Of a stretch of 64,000 nt of DNA, positions 1 through 10,878 are shown one piece after another; positions within the stretch are counted from its first letter, which is position 1; each line of letters starts with the position of its first letter. Below the pieces are notes generated by a model, which was not told where the DNA came from, did no database searches, and worked only from the letters and a program-made list of their open reading frames with translations. The DNA lies in assembly GCA_963662655.2 (NCBI GenBank), contig CAXXTU010000002.1, positions 1,984,001-2,048,000 of the forward strand, read 5' to 3'. The translations under genes and the position numbers were made by a program. The DNA comes from Candidatus Cloacimonadales bacterium. GTDB taxonomy: Bacteria > Cloacimonadota > Cloacimonadia > Cloacimonadales > JAIOQZ01.

Positions 1-4
1 TATT

Positions 5-1243
5 GTGGACAAATATAATATTCTTCACTGTTCCTTTTGTGGACGCGCCGAGACGGAAGTGCATCACATGATCAAAGGCGTTGCGGGAAACATCTGCGAC
101 GAATGCGTGAACATGTGTCACACCATCATCGAAGCCGATCACAAGGATCAGGAACTCGATGACTTCGATCTGCCCACTCCGAGAAAGATTAAGGAGTATC
201 TGGATCAGTACGTCATCGGGCAAAACAAAGCGAAGCAAGTGATATCCGTGGCTGTTTACAACCACTACAAGCGGATATTCAAGCAAAAAACGAACGACGA
301 TGTCGAGATCGAGAAGAGTAATATCCTGATGGTGGGACCCACCGGCTCAGGCAAGACGCTCATCGCGCAAACCCTGGCGCGGTTCCTCAAAGTCCCGTTT
401 GCCATCGCGGATGCAACCACACTTACCGAGGCCGGCTATGTCGGCGAAGATGTTGAAAACATACTCGTCCGACTCCTTCAAAACGCCAATTACGACGTCG
501 AGAAGGCAAAAACCGGTATCGTATACGTCGATGAGATCGACAAGATCGCACGCAAATCGGAAACGCCGTCCATCACGCGCGACGTCTCCGGCGAAGGTGT
601 GCAGCAAGCTCTCCTGAAAATCCTCGAAGGCGCGAAAGTGAACGTTCCTCCAAAAGGCGGACGCAAGCACCCGCATCAGGATTTCATCGAGATCGATACG
701 ACCAAGATTCTGTTCATCGTGGGCGGAGCGTTCTGTGGACTCGAGAAGATCGTTCAGGAACGCATCAACCAGAAGACCGTCGGCTTCGACGCGGACATCG
801 TTACCTACGAAGACGCCTCCAACGAAATCCTGCCGAAGGTCAATTCTACCGACTTGCTCAAGTATGGGATCATCCCCGAACTCGTGGGACGCCTCCCCGT
901 CGTGACGAACTTGCAGGAGCTCAGCGAAGAGATGCTCGTGGAGATTCTCACCAAGCCGAAGAACGCCATCATCAAGCAGTATAAGAAGCTCTTCGAGATG
1001 GAAGGCGTCGAGCTCGACTTCTCCGCCGACGCACTCGCCGAGATTGCCGCTGTTGCGCTCAAGCAGAAGACCGGTGCGCGCGGACTCCGCGCCATCATGG
1101 AGAGCGTGATGCTCGATATCATGTACGATATCCCCGAAATGGGATCGGTTAAAGAGTGCATGATCTCCAAAGATGTCATCACGGACGGTAAAGAACCCGT
1201 CTACGTATTCGAAAACGAAGAGGAAAAAGGCCAGAGCGCTTGA
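5..1243 (+). CDS. clpX: ATP-dependent Clp protease ATP-binding subunit ClpX
   Basis: N-terminal C4 zinc finger (CSFC...CDEC), Walker A GPTGSGKT, Walker [20 protein letters not shown] pore loop, RKHP loop, VGF ClpP-docking loop, GARGLR sensor 2. Confidence 0.98.
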   Translation: MDKYNILHCSFCGRAETEVHHMIKGVAGNICDECVNMCHTIIEADHKDQELDDFDLPTPRKIKEYLDQYVIGQNKAKQVISVAVYNHYKRIFKQKTNDDVEIEKSNILMVGPTGSGKTLIAQTLARFLKVPFAIADATTLTEAGYVGEDVENILVRLLQNANYDVEKAKTGIVYVDEIDKIARKSETPSITRDVSGEGVQQALLKILEGAKVNVPPKGGRKHPHQDFIEIDTTKILFIVGGAFCGLEKIVQERINQKTVGFDADIVTYEDASNEILPKVNSTDLLKYGIIPELVGRLPVVTNLQELSEEMLVEILTKPKNAIIKQYKKLFEMEGVELDFSADALAEIAAVALKQKTGARGLRAIMESVMLDIMYDIPEMGSVKECMISKDVITDGKEPVYVFENEEEKGQSA

Positions 1244-1265
1244 TCCCATAAAACCTATAAAAATG

Positions 1266-1295
1266 AAACCCCGAAGCAATTGCCTCGGGGTTTTT
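1266..1295 (+). terminator. Intrinsic terminator after clpX (possibly bidirectional)
   Basis: AAACCCCGAAGCA-AT-TGCCTCGGGGTTT hairpin followed by a T run and preceded by an A-rich run. Confidence 0.85.
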
Positions 1296-1326
1296 CTTTA
1301 TTCATGATACTAAAAGTCCTATATAA

Positions 1327-1451
1327 CGGCAGCAGATTCGTTCGATCTTCCACGAAATCGTGGTGTTTCACAGCCTTGCCACATTACGCTCATTTCATTC
1401 CAAGGCTGTGGTATATCCACATTTCGTGGAAGATCGTGCGAAGATGCGCCG
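1327..1451 (+). ncRNA. Structured ~125-nt hairpin element, copy 1 (candidate ncRNA or folded-DNA repeat)
   Basis: Long inverted repeat with a 16-bp perfect stem CGATCTTCCACGAAAT/ATTTCGTGGAAGATCG and a 10-bp inner stem CACAGCCTTG/CAAGGCTGTG; same architecture and loop motifs as 55667-55792. Confidence 0.6.
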
Positions 1452-1454
1452 GAG

Positions 1455-2712
1455 CTACGTCTTGAGCTTCTTCTTCTCCGCGGCCGGGAACAGCACGTTG
1501 TTGAGGATCAGGCGATAGCCCGGTGAATTCTTGTGAAGCGCCAAAACGGTAGGAGGATCGCCAACCCGATGCTGGTAATCCTCGGGATCGTGTCCACCGT
1601 AGAAAGTGAAGGTTCCCTTGCCGAAATTACCGTGCAGGTATTTCACTTCATCCGCACCCGGAACTTCCCCCATGACAATCACACTCTTCTTTACATTTTC
1701 CTTGTGGAAGGTCGTCGTCTGGCCAAGGAATCCGTTCACGTAGTTCGTATGGCATTGGGGTCAGCATGGTGGGAACAGGATCGTACTTGGCGGAGAAGTC
1801 GAACAGCAGGAAATAGTCCTGCTCGGCGCCACGCAACTGTGCATAATCGCTGGCGTCCAATGAGGAGAATTCGTAGATGTTCGGATCCGTTATCAGCCGG
1901 AAATCCTTGAATGCGAGGCATCGACTGAAATCCAGCTTACTCTGGTAGCCCGGTTCGGGCGGCGTGCCGTCGTAAACCACATCGACGATGTCGATATCCT
2001 TCGCGGCAAGCGCGATATCGAACGTATCGGTCGCCGCACACATCGCGAAGAGGAAACCACCGTTGCTTACGTACTCACGGATCGTTTCTGCCACCGCGTG
2101 CTTGAGTTGCCAAACGGTCGTAAAACCCAACTGCTCCGCCATCTCTTCATTCTGCCGTACCTCTTCCTGATACCAGGCGGCATTGCGAAAGCTTCGGTAG
2201 AATTTTCCATACTGCCCGGTAAAATCTTCGTGGTGGAGGTGAACCCAGTCGTAATCCTCCAGCTTGCCTTGCAAAACCTCTTCGTCCCAAAGCAAGTCGT
2301 GATCGATTTGGGCATAGTCGAGCGCGAGCCGGACGGCATCGTCCCAGGGCTGCGAGTTTGGTGGAGCATATACCGCTATTTTCGGCTCTTTTTCCAGAAC
2401 CACGACATCCATGTTCGCTCCCTCGATCTCCTGCAGGATGGCTGCATACTGTGGTGTACCGATCTTCTCGTAGGATACGCCCCGAACACGGCACAAACTC
2501 TCGATGGTCGAAGACTCCGGAATAATCCAGGAGCCGGCCCGGTAGTTCAAGAGCCATTTGACAACGAGACCTTCCTTCAATCCCTCGAAGGCAACGCCAT
2601 ACGCCTTTAAATGATCCGTTTGGACATCGTCCATCGGGATCAGAATTTCCGCGTGAATTACCGAACACACACACGCTAACAGCAACATTGAATATATAAA
2701 TCTCAATCGCAT
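1455..2712 (-). CDS. Conserved secreted hypothetical protein (FCB-group family often labelled asparagine synthetase B-like); split by one frameshift
   Basis: Signal peptide MRLRFIYSMLLLACVCSVIHA, motifs HLKAYG, WLLNYRAGS, HLHHEDFTGQYGKF, FAMCAATD, GGHDPEDYQH. Removing one base from GGGG at 1757-1760 joins ORFs 1648-2769 and 1455-1739 as PTMLTQCHTNYVNGFLGQT. Confidence 0.75.
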
Positions 2713-2849
2713 ATTATACCTCAAATTATTAGGACAACTATCTGCTTTGTGTTTCAGGACACAAGTCATTTATGTAACGATTTCTGTATTGAATTGTAAC
2801 AACGCGAATTGGCGTGACTCGCCGCGTAAATCTCGTATCTTCGATTTCC

Positions 2850-4957
2850 TCAGCTCATCTGCTCCAGATTCCTGACGGCTTCCTCGTAATCCGGCGCAAT
2901 ACGCAGCGCTTCGATCAGGCACTGTCTCGCTTCCTCCGGCTTGCCGGCCTGATAGAGGATGACGGCCATGTTGTTCAATGCTTCCACGGAATACGGATGC
3001 ATCTGGTACACTTTCTGGAATGCGTTGAACGCCCCCTGTAAATCGCCACGGTGGAACGCGATTTCTCCCAAGCCCAAGTGAGACCTGAAGTCATCCGCCT
3101 TTACCATGAGGGCTTGCTGGTAGCACCGTTCTGAAAGGTCCAACTGCCCCTTTCGCTTGAAGATATCCCCCTGCAAACGAGAGATCACGACCTTATCTTG
3201 CGTGGTTTGCGCATCGTACTCGCTCAGGAAACGGTCTTGATTCTCCGATTTCACATACTCTTGAATCAATGCGACTTCCGGTTCATTCGCTACAGGCTCG
3301 AGATACTCTACGTCTCCACTCCGTTGCCAGCGATCGATGCAGACGTCCCTCCATACGTCATCCCGGCGGCGGTAGATGTGAACGACCTCGACATTCTTCC
3401 CGACCTTGATTTCGACGCTGTGCGCAACCTTATACGATACAGGGAGAAACGGCTGCAACTTCTGCATCGACCAGTCGTCTTTCGCGGTAATTCCCTGCAT
3501 GAAGATGATCCACGCGGGTGGATCCAGATACATCGTGTTTATCAGAATCTCCATCATCTGCGGCTTCATGATGGTCCCGGCAGGATAGATATGCGTAAAA
3601 CGGATGTCCGGAATCGGGACTCCGGCATAAAGATAAACGCTGGGATATTACCCCACACCAGCATCGTATCACGCGGGTTGGAATACTCGCGGATGTATTC
3701 ACCGACCGGCCTTGCTGCCGCGAAGTAACCGTTGAAGCGATCGTTGTAGTTCGCAAGGCGCTGCAGTTCGGGACCCCGCATACTACGTGCAATTACGGTT
3801 ACCATCTTCCCTACCTGCCAGATCACTGCGATACCAATTGCAATGAAGACCGGATTTCGCCATGGAAGCAGTTGCATCATTCGCGTTACCTGCTCCATGC
3901 ACATCGCGGCAAGGATAGCAACGGGAGCCCACACCATGAGATACCGGCTGGGTAGATGCGTCTTTTGCACGACGATCAGCAGCCATAAGACCACTGCCGC
4001 CCCGAATATCCACACGACCATCCATCGACCGGTGAGAATCCCGGACACTACTTCGGACAGGGCAAAGAGCAGCACGACAGGTATGTTCCGTAAAATCGGC
4101 AGCACCATCCTCTTCATCTGATCGATCTGCTGCCCGAAGGTAATCTGCATGATCCCGGAGACGTAATCCGCGCCCATACGATGGTCTTCCGTAACGGTCC
4201 ATCCCACCAGTTTACCCAGCCATTTCGGGCATCTGGTTCCCCCGCAGTAACCGGCGATCAGCCGGACGAAAAATCCCAGCGTCTCCTTGATGTAAATGAG
4301 CTTGAGCCCTTGCTTGCGATTGGGGATGAATAGCGCCGGCAGAACATAAAGAAAAACGAACCCACCCCAGAACAGACCCAGAGCCGTGATTGATTCATGG
4401 AAAAGAGCGGATGCAATACTGACGATTAACGCCGGGACCAGCGCGATAATCTTGATCTGCATCGCCCACGCCGCGAACAATCCCGATGCGATCAACCAGT
4501 AAAAGTTGTTGGTCTGAAAGGACAGAATCGCCGTAATCGCGCTAATCAGAACCGGCAGAAGCAGGAACACCTCGCCGTAGGTGACGGCGGCTCTGGAATC
4601 GGGCAGGAGGAACAGAAACAACAGAACGATCCCCGCAACGGAAGCGACGAACAGGCTCTGCGTCAACTGCCAGGCTAGCACGCTGTTGGCGACGATCGTC
4701 AGGGAATACCAGAACGCCTTGATCACATAGAGCTTCGACACACCCTCTCCAGGGAATAACCGGTACAGAACGCGGAATATCCAGTGCAACTTGAAGAATC
4801 CTCCGCCGGCCATCTTCCGCACGTACCAGTCAAGCGATATCCCGCGAAAAACCGCATAGTAGAACCAGTTACCGTCATCGCAATAGAGCGGCTTATGCCG
4901 CATGGGCAGAAGCAGGACAAGCGAGACAAAGAATAATGCGATTCCAACCAGTATCAT
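2850..4957 (-). CDS. Multi-pass membrane glycosyltransferase (GT-C, ArnT/PMT-like) with C-terminal TPR repeats; split by one frameshift
   Basis: About 10 hydrophobic segments, acidic DD after the first TM (YCDDG). Adding one base at GGG 3642-3644 gives WGNIPSVYLYAGVPIPDIRFTHIYPAGTIMKPQ, in frame with the TPR ORF 2850-3569 (EALNNMAVILYQAGKPEEA). Confidence 0.65.
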
Positions 4958-6142
4958 GACTTCCCCTCAATCTTCGCGACAAACCGATCGATGCATTTGA
5001 CCGCGTAGTTACGGTGATACCAGTCGGATCCGCTCTCACCCAGCGCTTTTACCTTGCCCGGATCGTCCAGCCATTGCTCCAGCGCATGGACGATATCCTC
5101 CGCTGAGAACGCCTGAATCCACGGATAATCGGTAACGCCCTCGATTTGCTCTCTTCCCGGCTTCACGTAATGGACCAGCGGCTTTCCCATCGCGAGCGTC
5201 TCGTAAACGGTCCCGCCACCCGGGTGACCGGTGACGAACTGCCCCGTTCCGATATCGCAAAGCGACAGCGCAACCATCAGTTCCTTGCGGGGCATCAGCT
5301 CGAACCAGTGAATCCGGTCCGAAACACCCAGCTCCTCTGCGAGTCTCTTGCTGTTTCCGGCATCCACGCCGTAATCGAAGGTGATCATTCCCGATCTCAC
5401 TTCGGGATACTTCTTCGCAAAGGTTGCGAATGCGCGAATCAGCTTGTCGTTACCCTTGTTGGACGCGGGATCGACGTACGTCTTCCAGATGTGTCGCGAA
5501 TTGTGGAATAAAAGGAGATCGTATTTCTTCCGAACTTCGAGAAAACGTTTGTAATATAACGATTGCTCATAGTGGCGCTGGATTTTACTCGCCGAGAACA
5601 CCTCATCGTACAAGAACGGATTGTGCATGAAATCGATTTTGCCGCCGATCCCGAGCTTGCGGATCATCTTCTGATTGAACGCCGGAACCGGATGCCAGTT
5701 GATGCTTTTCGCTTGCTGAATCCCCCGCTTCTGCGCAATGTGGAACGGCAGATTGAAGATGTTCATCACCGTTTCCACCGCCGATTTCCGCAATACAAAC
5801 GGCAAGAGATACATGTCGTCGCCGTGGGGCGAGATGATGTCCACCGTTCGTCCGGCCTTATGGACGAATGCCGGTGCCGTGTTGCAGGCGATGACAAAGT
5901 CGTAGGGCTTCAAATCCGAAGCGATCTGCCTTGGCGAAACCCGCGCGAAGAAATACTGGATGCCCCAGTTGAGCTGACGCGTATAGGCCTGATAGCGCAG
6001 ATCGAAGCTGTCATAGGACGGATGAAAGTGCGGGCGACTCGTATTGCAGAAGGAGAAGTTCTGCATCAATCCCGCGATCCCGCAGGTATCGAACCAGCGT
6101 GAAGAAATTGTTGTTCATGTTTCCGATGCAAGCTACTTTCAT
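4954..6142 (-). CDS. Glycosyltransferase family 4 (GT-B); split by one frameshift
   Basis: True N-terminus MKVACIGNMNNNFFTLVRYLRDRGIDAELLL starts at 6142. Removing one base from GGG 6032-6034 joins it to ORF 4954-6069, which has KGNDKLIRAF and GGTVYETLAMGKP. Confidence 0.75.
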
Positions 6143-6313
6143 CTTTTTACATCCTATAATATATTGCTGCGCGGGATCAGATTGGTTCGATCCGCCCGAA
6201 AGCGTATTATATTCACGGCGTATGCCGTGGTGTTATACGGTGAGGGCGAGCAAAGCGGGATCGGGACAATATGACCCGCGCTGACCATATTCGTAACAAC
6301 TCTCTCGCATCCC

Positions 6314-7727
6314 CTACTGGATCATCCTCTTGAGGAAATTGACGAAATCCCCCGTCAGCATGATGAAGAAACGCTTCCATCCAATCTTGGTATAGCCGCA
6401 AACCAATTCCCTGACAAAATTCACCAGCTCCAGCACCTTGGATACTTTCGCTGCGTAGTTCGCCGCCTCAACCGATTGATAAATGCATGGCAGAAGCACT
6501 CCCGCCGGAAAACGATCGTTGTGGATCAGCGTTTGAATCATTTGGAGATATTTGTTCAACCTAATCTGATTCTTCTGGCCACAATCCTCCCAAAGCTGTT
6601 CCCCGATGGGCGTTCCCAGAAGCGGCGCATACAGCCGGAAGTGGACCGAGAGATTGCGATGACGCACCAGAAGAGGAATGACCCTCTTGAGTTCGGCGTT
6701 GATGTAAATCTTATCCAAAGGCTGGCTCGCGGTGGAGGTTAAACCGAGCATGACGTTGCCGGCAAACATGATGCGGTGCTTCTTCCCGTATTCCACCATC
6801 TCCTCCAGATGTTCCATGGAATAGTCCTTTGTGGATTCGCTTGCGAGCCTCCGCATCGAGAGCCTCCAACCCAAAGAAGATGCGCTTCACGCCAGCCTCG
6901 GCCAGAAGATGTATATTCTCGCGATTCATGTCTTTCACCATCACATCGATGAAATTCGCCAGCTTCAAATCCTTTCTCCGGGCCATCATGCGCAGGATAT
7001 CCCTGCCGTATTTCCTCGTTCACGAAGATGTTGTGATCCTTCGGCAGGATAACCTCGATCCCCAATTCCTTCACGAGGTAGTCAAGCTCTTCTTCCACGC
7101 GTTCAAGCGTCTTGATCATCCCACCGCCGTACTTGGCAAAGCAGTGGTTGAAGCAGAATCGACAGCGATTGTTGCAATGGTACGAGAAATAGTAGGTGGT
7201 AATCACCACGCCCTTCAAGTCAACCTCGTAAAGCGTGGCGTGATCGCGGACAAAGCGCATGCCCCGCTTCAGAGAAAGCGAATCGGGGAGCACTTCCGGG
7301 TGATTGGTGACTATCAGGCGATCCGCCTTTCCGAGGTTGTCCCAGCCATCGAAGGCCCAGGGATAATCGATAAGGATATGGTCAATATCACCGTTTGGCT
7401 CGAAAAGCTGCGGAGACAGCGTAGGCAGGTAGCCACCAATAACAATCCTTACACCTCTGTGACGCCGCTTGAGCATCCTGACCGTTTTCAGGAGCATGAA
7501 AGTGTTCTCGGACGTATCCACTCCTGCTGCCACATTAAAACAACCGTTCCCTCGCCGATCTCCTTAAATCCCTCCAGCAGCATTTCGTGATACTGCTTTT
7601 TATCCGATATCTTGAGGATGCGGATGTCCTCGCTTCCAGTGGTTTGAGAAAGGTAATCGGCGGTGTAAAGCATGGTCTCCGGCAACATCGACATGCCCGT
7701 GAAATCGATTAAGAGATAATCAAGCAT
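6314..7727 (-). CDS. B12-binding-domain radical SAM protein; split by three frameshifts
   Basis: VIGGYLPTL (cobalamin-binding-like), CNNRCRFC radical SAM triad, EAGVKRIFFGLE, YAPLLGTPI. Reconstructed from ORFs 7488-7727, 6739-7533, 6711-6989 and 6314-6874, with breaks near 7490-7540, 7012 and 6829. Confidence 0.75.
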
Positions 7728-7728
7728 C

Positions 7729-8694
7729 TCACTCTCCTCGGTTCAGGCATTCGAACTGACGATACAGCTCTTTGCCTTTGTGCGTTACGGGTGAAAAATC
7801 CCACTCGAGCTTCGTCTTGATCTCCAGCCCGTGCTTGTTCTGCAGCGCCATCAGTATGGACGGCATATCCTGGTTGACGCGATCGTAGTTCACCGTGTAG
7901 ATACGATTCCTCAGTTCCGGCTTTTCCAGCCAGCTTTCCAGTAGTTCATGACCGGTACGCACCTGATGGATAATCTGCTCCACCGGCGATTTCTTCACGA
8001 TCTGGCAGAAATCGGGAGTTTTATACGACCACCAGTGTTTCGCGTCTCCGTAGCGCTTCTTGCGCGTGTTGTAGATCGATACGGCCACATCCGCCAGATC
8101 CCGCTTACAGTAAATGAATAACGATTTGCTGTCCATCTGCGCGAATTTCTCCAGATGCAGCGCGTAGAGGATATTCTTGAACACAACCGGCTTGTGCGCC
8201 TCGTTGCGCATGGCTCGAAGAATTTCTTCCATGCCTCTCCAGTCGATCGTCTCCGCGTGGAACTCGTCGCGAATCGTGACATCGGGGTAATTCATCCACT
8301 TCATCCAGAAATAGCCGAACTCATGCGGCTCCTGCACGCCTTTTGTCACGCCGAAAGCGGATTTGTAGCTCACATCCGCATCGTAGAGACCCAGCATGCG
8401 GGAAAGCTTGATGCCGACCACCGGCGCCTCCCAGAACCGCGCCATCAGGTTGGTGGGCCACACGCAATCCAGGCTGTTGACCACCGCCTGACAAACAAGC
8501 GTCGTTCCTGAGCGCGGTAAACCGTAGACATACACATTGGGAATCTGATTCGAATCGGGATTGCGAATCCAGTAATCGTATCCGGAGAGCAGGTCGTTCA
8601 GCTCCGAAAGAAACCTTTCGTCTTCAATGTTCTTCATGTATTCCGATGTGCGTAGTCGATTTTCCTTCTCAATAAATCGGGTCAGTTCCTTCAT
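7729..8694 (-). CDS. PAPS-dependent sulfotransferase
   Basis: 5'-PSB motif YGLPRSGTT, later VVFKN and KRDLADVAVS; start MKELTRF overlaps the upstream stop (ATGA). Confidence 0.85.
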   Translation of the reverse strand: MKELTRFIEKENRLRTSEYMKNIEDERFLSELNDLLSGYDYWIRNPDSNQIPNVYVYGLPRSGTTLVCQAVVNSLDCVWPTNLMARFWEAPVVGIKLSRMLGLYDADVSYKSAFGVTKGVQEPHEFGYFWMKWMNYPDVTIRDEFHAETIDWRGMEEILRAMRNEAHKPVVFKNILYALHLEKFAQMDSKSLFIYCKRDLADVAVSIYNTRKKRYGDAKHWWSYKTPDFCQIVKKSPVEQIIHQVRTGHELLESWLEKPELRNRIYTVNYDRVNQDMPSILMALQNKHGLEIKTKLEWDFSPVTHKGKELYRQFECLNRGE

Positions 8695-9848
8695 TTCATT
8701 TCTCCGTTCCCGGTCTGATAGATTCCGGCTTCGCGATTGATATTCCCTTTGCTCTGAAATCCGTATTCGCCGGTTTTCACCGTGTGCCACGGGGCTAAAA
8801 AGTGTCCCTTGAATATCGTCAAAAGCTCTTCCATGCTATAATTCTTTATCATCATTTTGAATGCGTTCTCATCCAGGATGCGCGTCATATACTTATACGG
8901 AAGCAAGTGGCTGCCCCAACTCTCCTTGAACTTGTAAATCCCTCCACTGGGCGGGTTGGTCGACTGCCAGTTGTAGATTTTCATATCGTGCTCGTGGCAC
9001 CACTGAAGGATCCCGTGGACCAGGAAGAAATTCAATCTACGATCCATCGCATCGCTGCTGGACGACATCATGAAATTGTCCAGCAGTCCCTGTTTGTTGT
9101 GAACGCAGAAATCACCGCTAACCAGCGCGTCCCCTTCATATACGGCAAAGAACTTCCAGTAATCGCCAAATCCCTCGGAGTGTATCGCGTTTTCGAAGAG
9201 CGCCCACGGAAGCGGTTCTCCCTCCAACTCGCCAATCCTTTTGACGTGCAAAGTCTCGTACCATTGCCGGATAACAGCTTCGTCTCTCGACGCCACAAAT
9301 CTGAAGCCGGCTTCGAGCCCCTTCTTCAGGTTACGGCGGAAATTACGCGATTTGTCTTCGAGAATCGCACGACCACCGCCATCGAAGAATCTTCGCACCG
9401 GTATCACCATGATGAATGTGTCCATGCCGGTCTGCGGCTCGAGCCCGTCCCGAATGGGATCGTCATCGACCTCGAAGGGATTCGTCGTAAGCGTCATCGC
9501 CAAACAGTCCAGCGACTTCGCGTACTCGCGGAGCGCTTTGAGGAATTCGCCATACGCCCGTCCGCGATCCGAAACCTTACCCTGATAGACGATCGTCCCC
9601 AATGATCCCGCCTGGACGTTCGAGACGAGGATGTTCCCCGCTTCGCTCTTAAAAAGGTACATGCTCGCACCGATAAACCAGCGATCGTTTTGCTGATAGC
9701 AGAATACGGGCTCATCTCCCGCGATGGGCGCAACGATTTCCGCCCAAAGCGACGTTTGCTGAATGAAACAACCCGGGCAATCCAGCACCTTCAGGTCAAA
9801 GAGCTCCCGTTGGGAGGCACGCTTGAAATCAACGATGTTCAAATCCAC
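8691..9848 (-). CDS. GNAT-fold / FemAB-related protein
   Basis: FIQQTSLW, RNFRRNLKKG, GIYKFKESWG motifs typical of FemAB-like GNAT proteins in glycan loci. Confidence 0.7.
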   Translation of the reverse strand: MDLNIVDFKRASQRELFDLKVLDCPGCFIQQTSLWAEIVAPIAGDEPVFCYQQNDRWFIGASMYLFKSEAGNILVSNVQAGSLGTIVYQGKVSDRGRAYGEFLKALREYAKSLDCLAMTLTTNPFEVDDDPIRDGLEPQTGMDTFIMVIPVRRFFDGGGRAILEDKSRNFRRNLKKGLEAGFRFVASRDEAVIRQWYETLHVKRIGELEGEPLPWALFENAIHSEGFGDYWKFFAVYEGDALVSGDFCVHNKQGLLDNFMMSSSSDAMDRRLNFFLVHGILQWCHEHDMKIYNWQSTNPPSGGIYKFKESWGSHLLPYKYMTRILDENAFKMMIKNYSMEELLTIFKGHFLAPWHTVKTGEYGFQSKGNINREAGIYQTGNGEMK

Positions 9849-10869
9849 ATTCCATTCCTTTCACCAGTTGATCGCAGACTCGTTTGAACTGCTCCATGTT
9901 CAGCGATGGATAAAGAGGCAAGGAAACCGTTCGTTTGTAAATCGACTCGGCAACCGGGAAGTCGTATCGTCCCTCCAGCCAGTGCAGGAGATAGTCAACG
10001 CCCTTACGTACCTGAATACCACCTTCGTCCATCCACGCGCGCACCTTATCGAAATCAGCATCTATCTGTACCGGGAAACGGAAGCAGTTACGCTGCTTGA
10101 GGTCGGGCAATACCAGCCCTTCGACATCCTTCAATTTCTCCCGGTATGCCGTGGCGAGTTCATTCCGCATCGCTGTAAAATCCTCCAGCCTGGACAACTG
10201 GCTCAGCGTCAGCGAAGCAGCCAGATCGGAGAAATTCGCCCCGGCATCGATGGCGCTTTCGTCACGGAACCATTTGTCGCTCAGCGATTCCGTTTTCAAG
10301 CCAAGGAATCCTCCCTCGCCCGAAGCGAGCATCTTGGTTGCATGGAACGAGCCGAAAACAACATCCGCTGTAATCCCCGTAACGGGCCTTCCGTTGACAA
10401 TCCCGATCGACTGGGCGATATCCTCGATCATGGTGATGCCGTGCTCTTTGCAAAGGAGACTGATACGCTCCACATCTGCTTCAATGCCGAACGGATGTAC
10501 GACGATCACGGCCTTTGTGGCAGAGGAAATGGCTTTCTCGACTGCTTCGGGATCAATGCAATAGTCGGGCCCGATATCGACGAGGATCGGCCTCCCGCCC
10601 ACGTACTTAACCGCGTCGTAAACGCTTCTGCATACATAGGTAGGCAAAATCACTTCTACGCCCACCCTGATGCCGATCAATTTCAGCGCGGTTATCAACG
10701 CCGCTTTCCCCGAGGAAAAGCAAACGGCCCGATCCCATCCAAAGAGCTGCTCCAGCGCGCTTTGCACCTGGGCGGTTTTCTCTCCCTTCGCGAGCATGCC
10801 GCCTGCGAGCTGCCCGGTGACCGCAATCACGTCAGCCTTGGAAATCGTTGGTTTGGAATGCGGAATCAT
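9829..10869 (-). CDS. DegT/DnrJ/EryC1/StrS family PLP sugar aminotransferase
   Basis: SSGKAAL, IEDIAQS, SFHATKMLASGEGG (PLP lysine), SLPLYP. Confidence 0.9.
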   Translation of the reverse strand: MIPHSKPTISKADVIAVTGQLAGGMLAKGEKTAQVQSALEQLFGWDRAVCFSSGKAALITALKLIGIRVGVEVILPTYVCRSVYDAVKYVGGRPILVDIGPDYCIDPEAVEKAISSATKAVIVVHPFGIEADVERISLLCKEHGITMIEDIAQSIGIVNGRPVTGITADVVFGSFHATKMLASGEGGFLGLKTESLSDKWFRDESAIDAGANFSDLAASLTLSQLSRLEDFTAMRNELATAYREKLKDVEGLVLPDLKQRNCFRFPVQIDADFDKVRAWMDEGGIQVRKGVDYLLHWLEGRYDFPVAESIYKRTVSLPLYPSLNMEQFKRVCDQLVKGMECGFEHR

Positions 10870-10878
10870 GTCTCCATC

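Noticed and set aside
1320..1460. Structured element as an integron attC site
   Set aside because: A GTTATAT follows copy 1 on the - strand, but there is no complementary RYYYAAC box, copy 2 lacks the same spacing, and there is no integrase or cassette array
1757..7540. Programmed frameshifting or phase variation
   Set aside because: The runs are only 3-4 nt, in mixed directions, with no slippery heptamers; a consensus error is simpler
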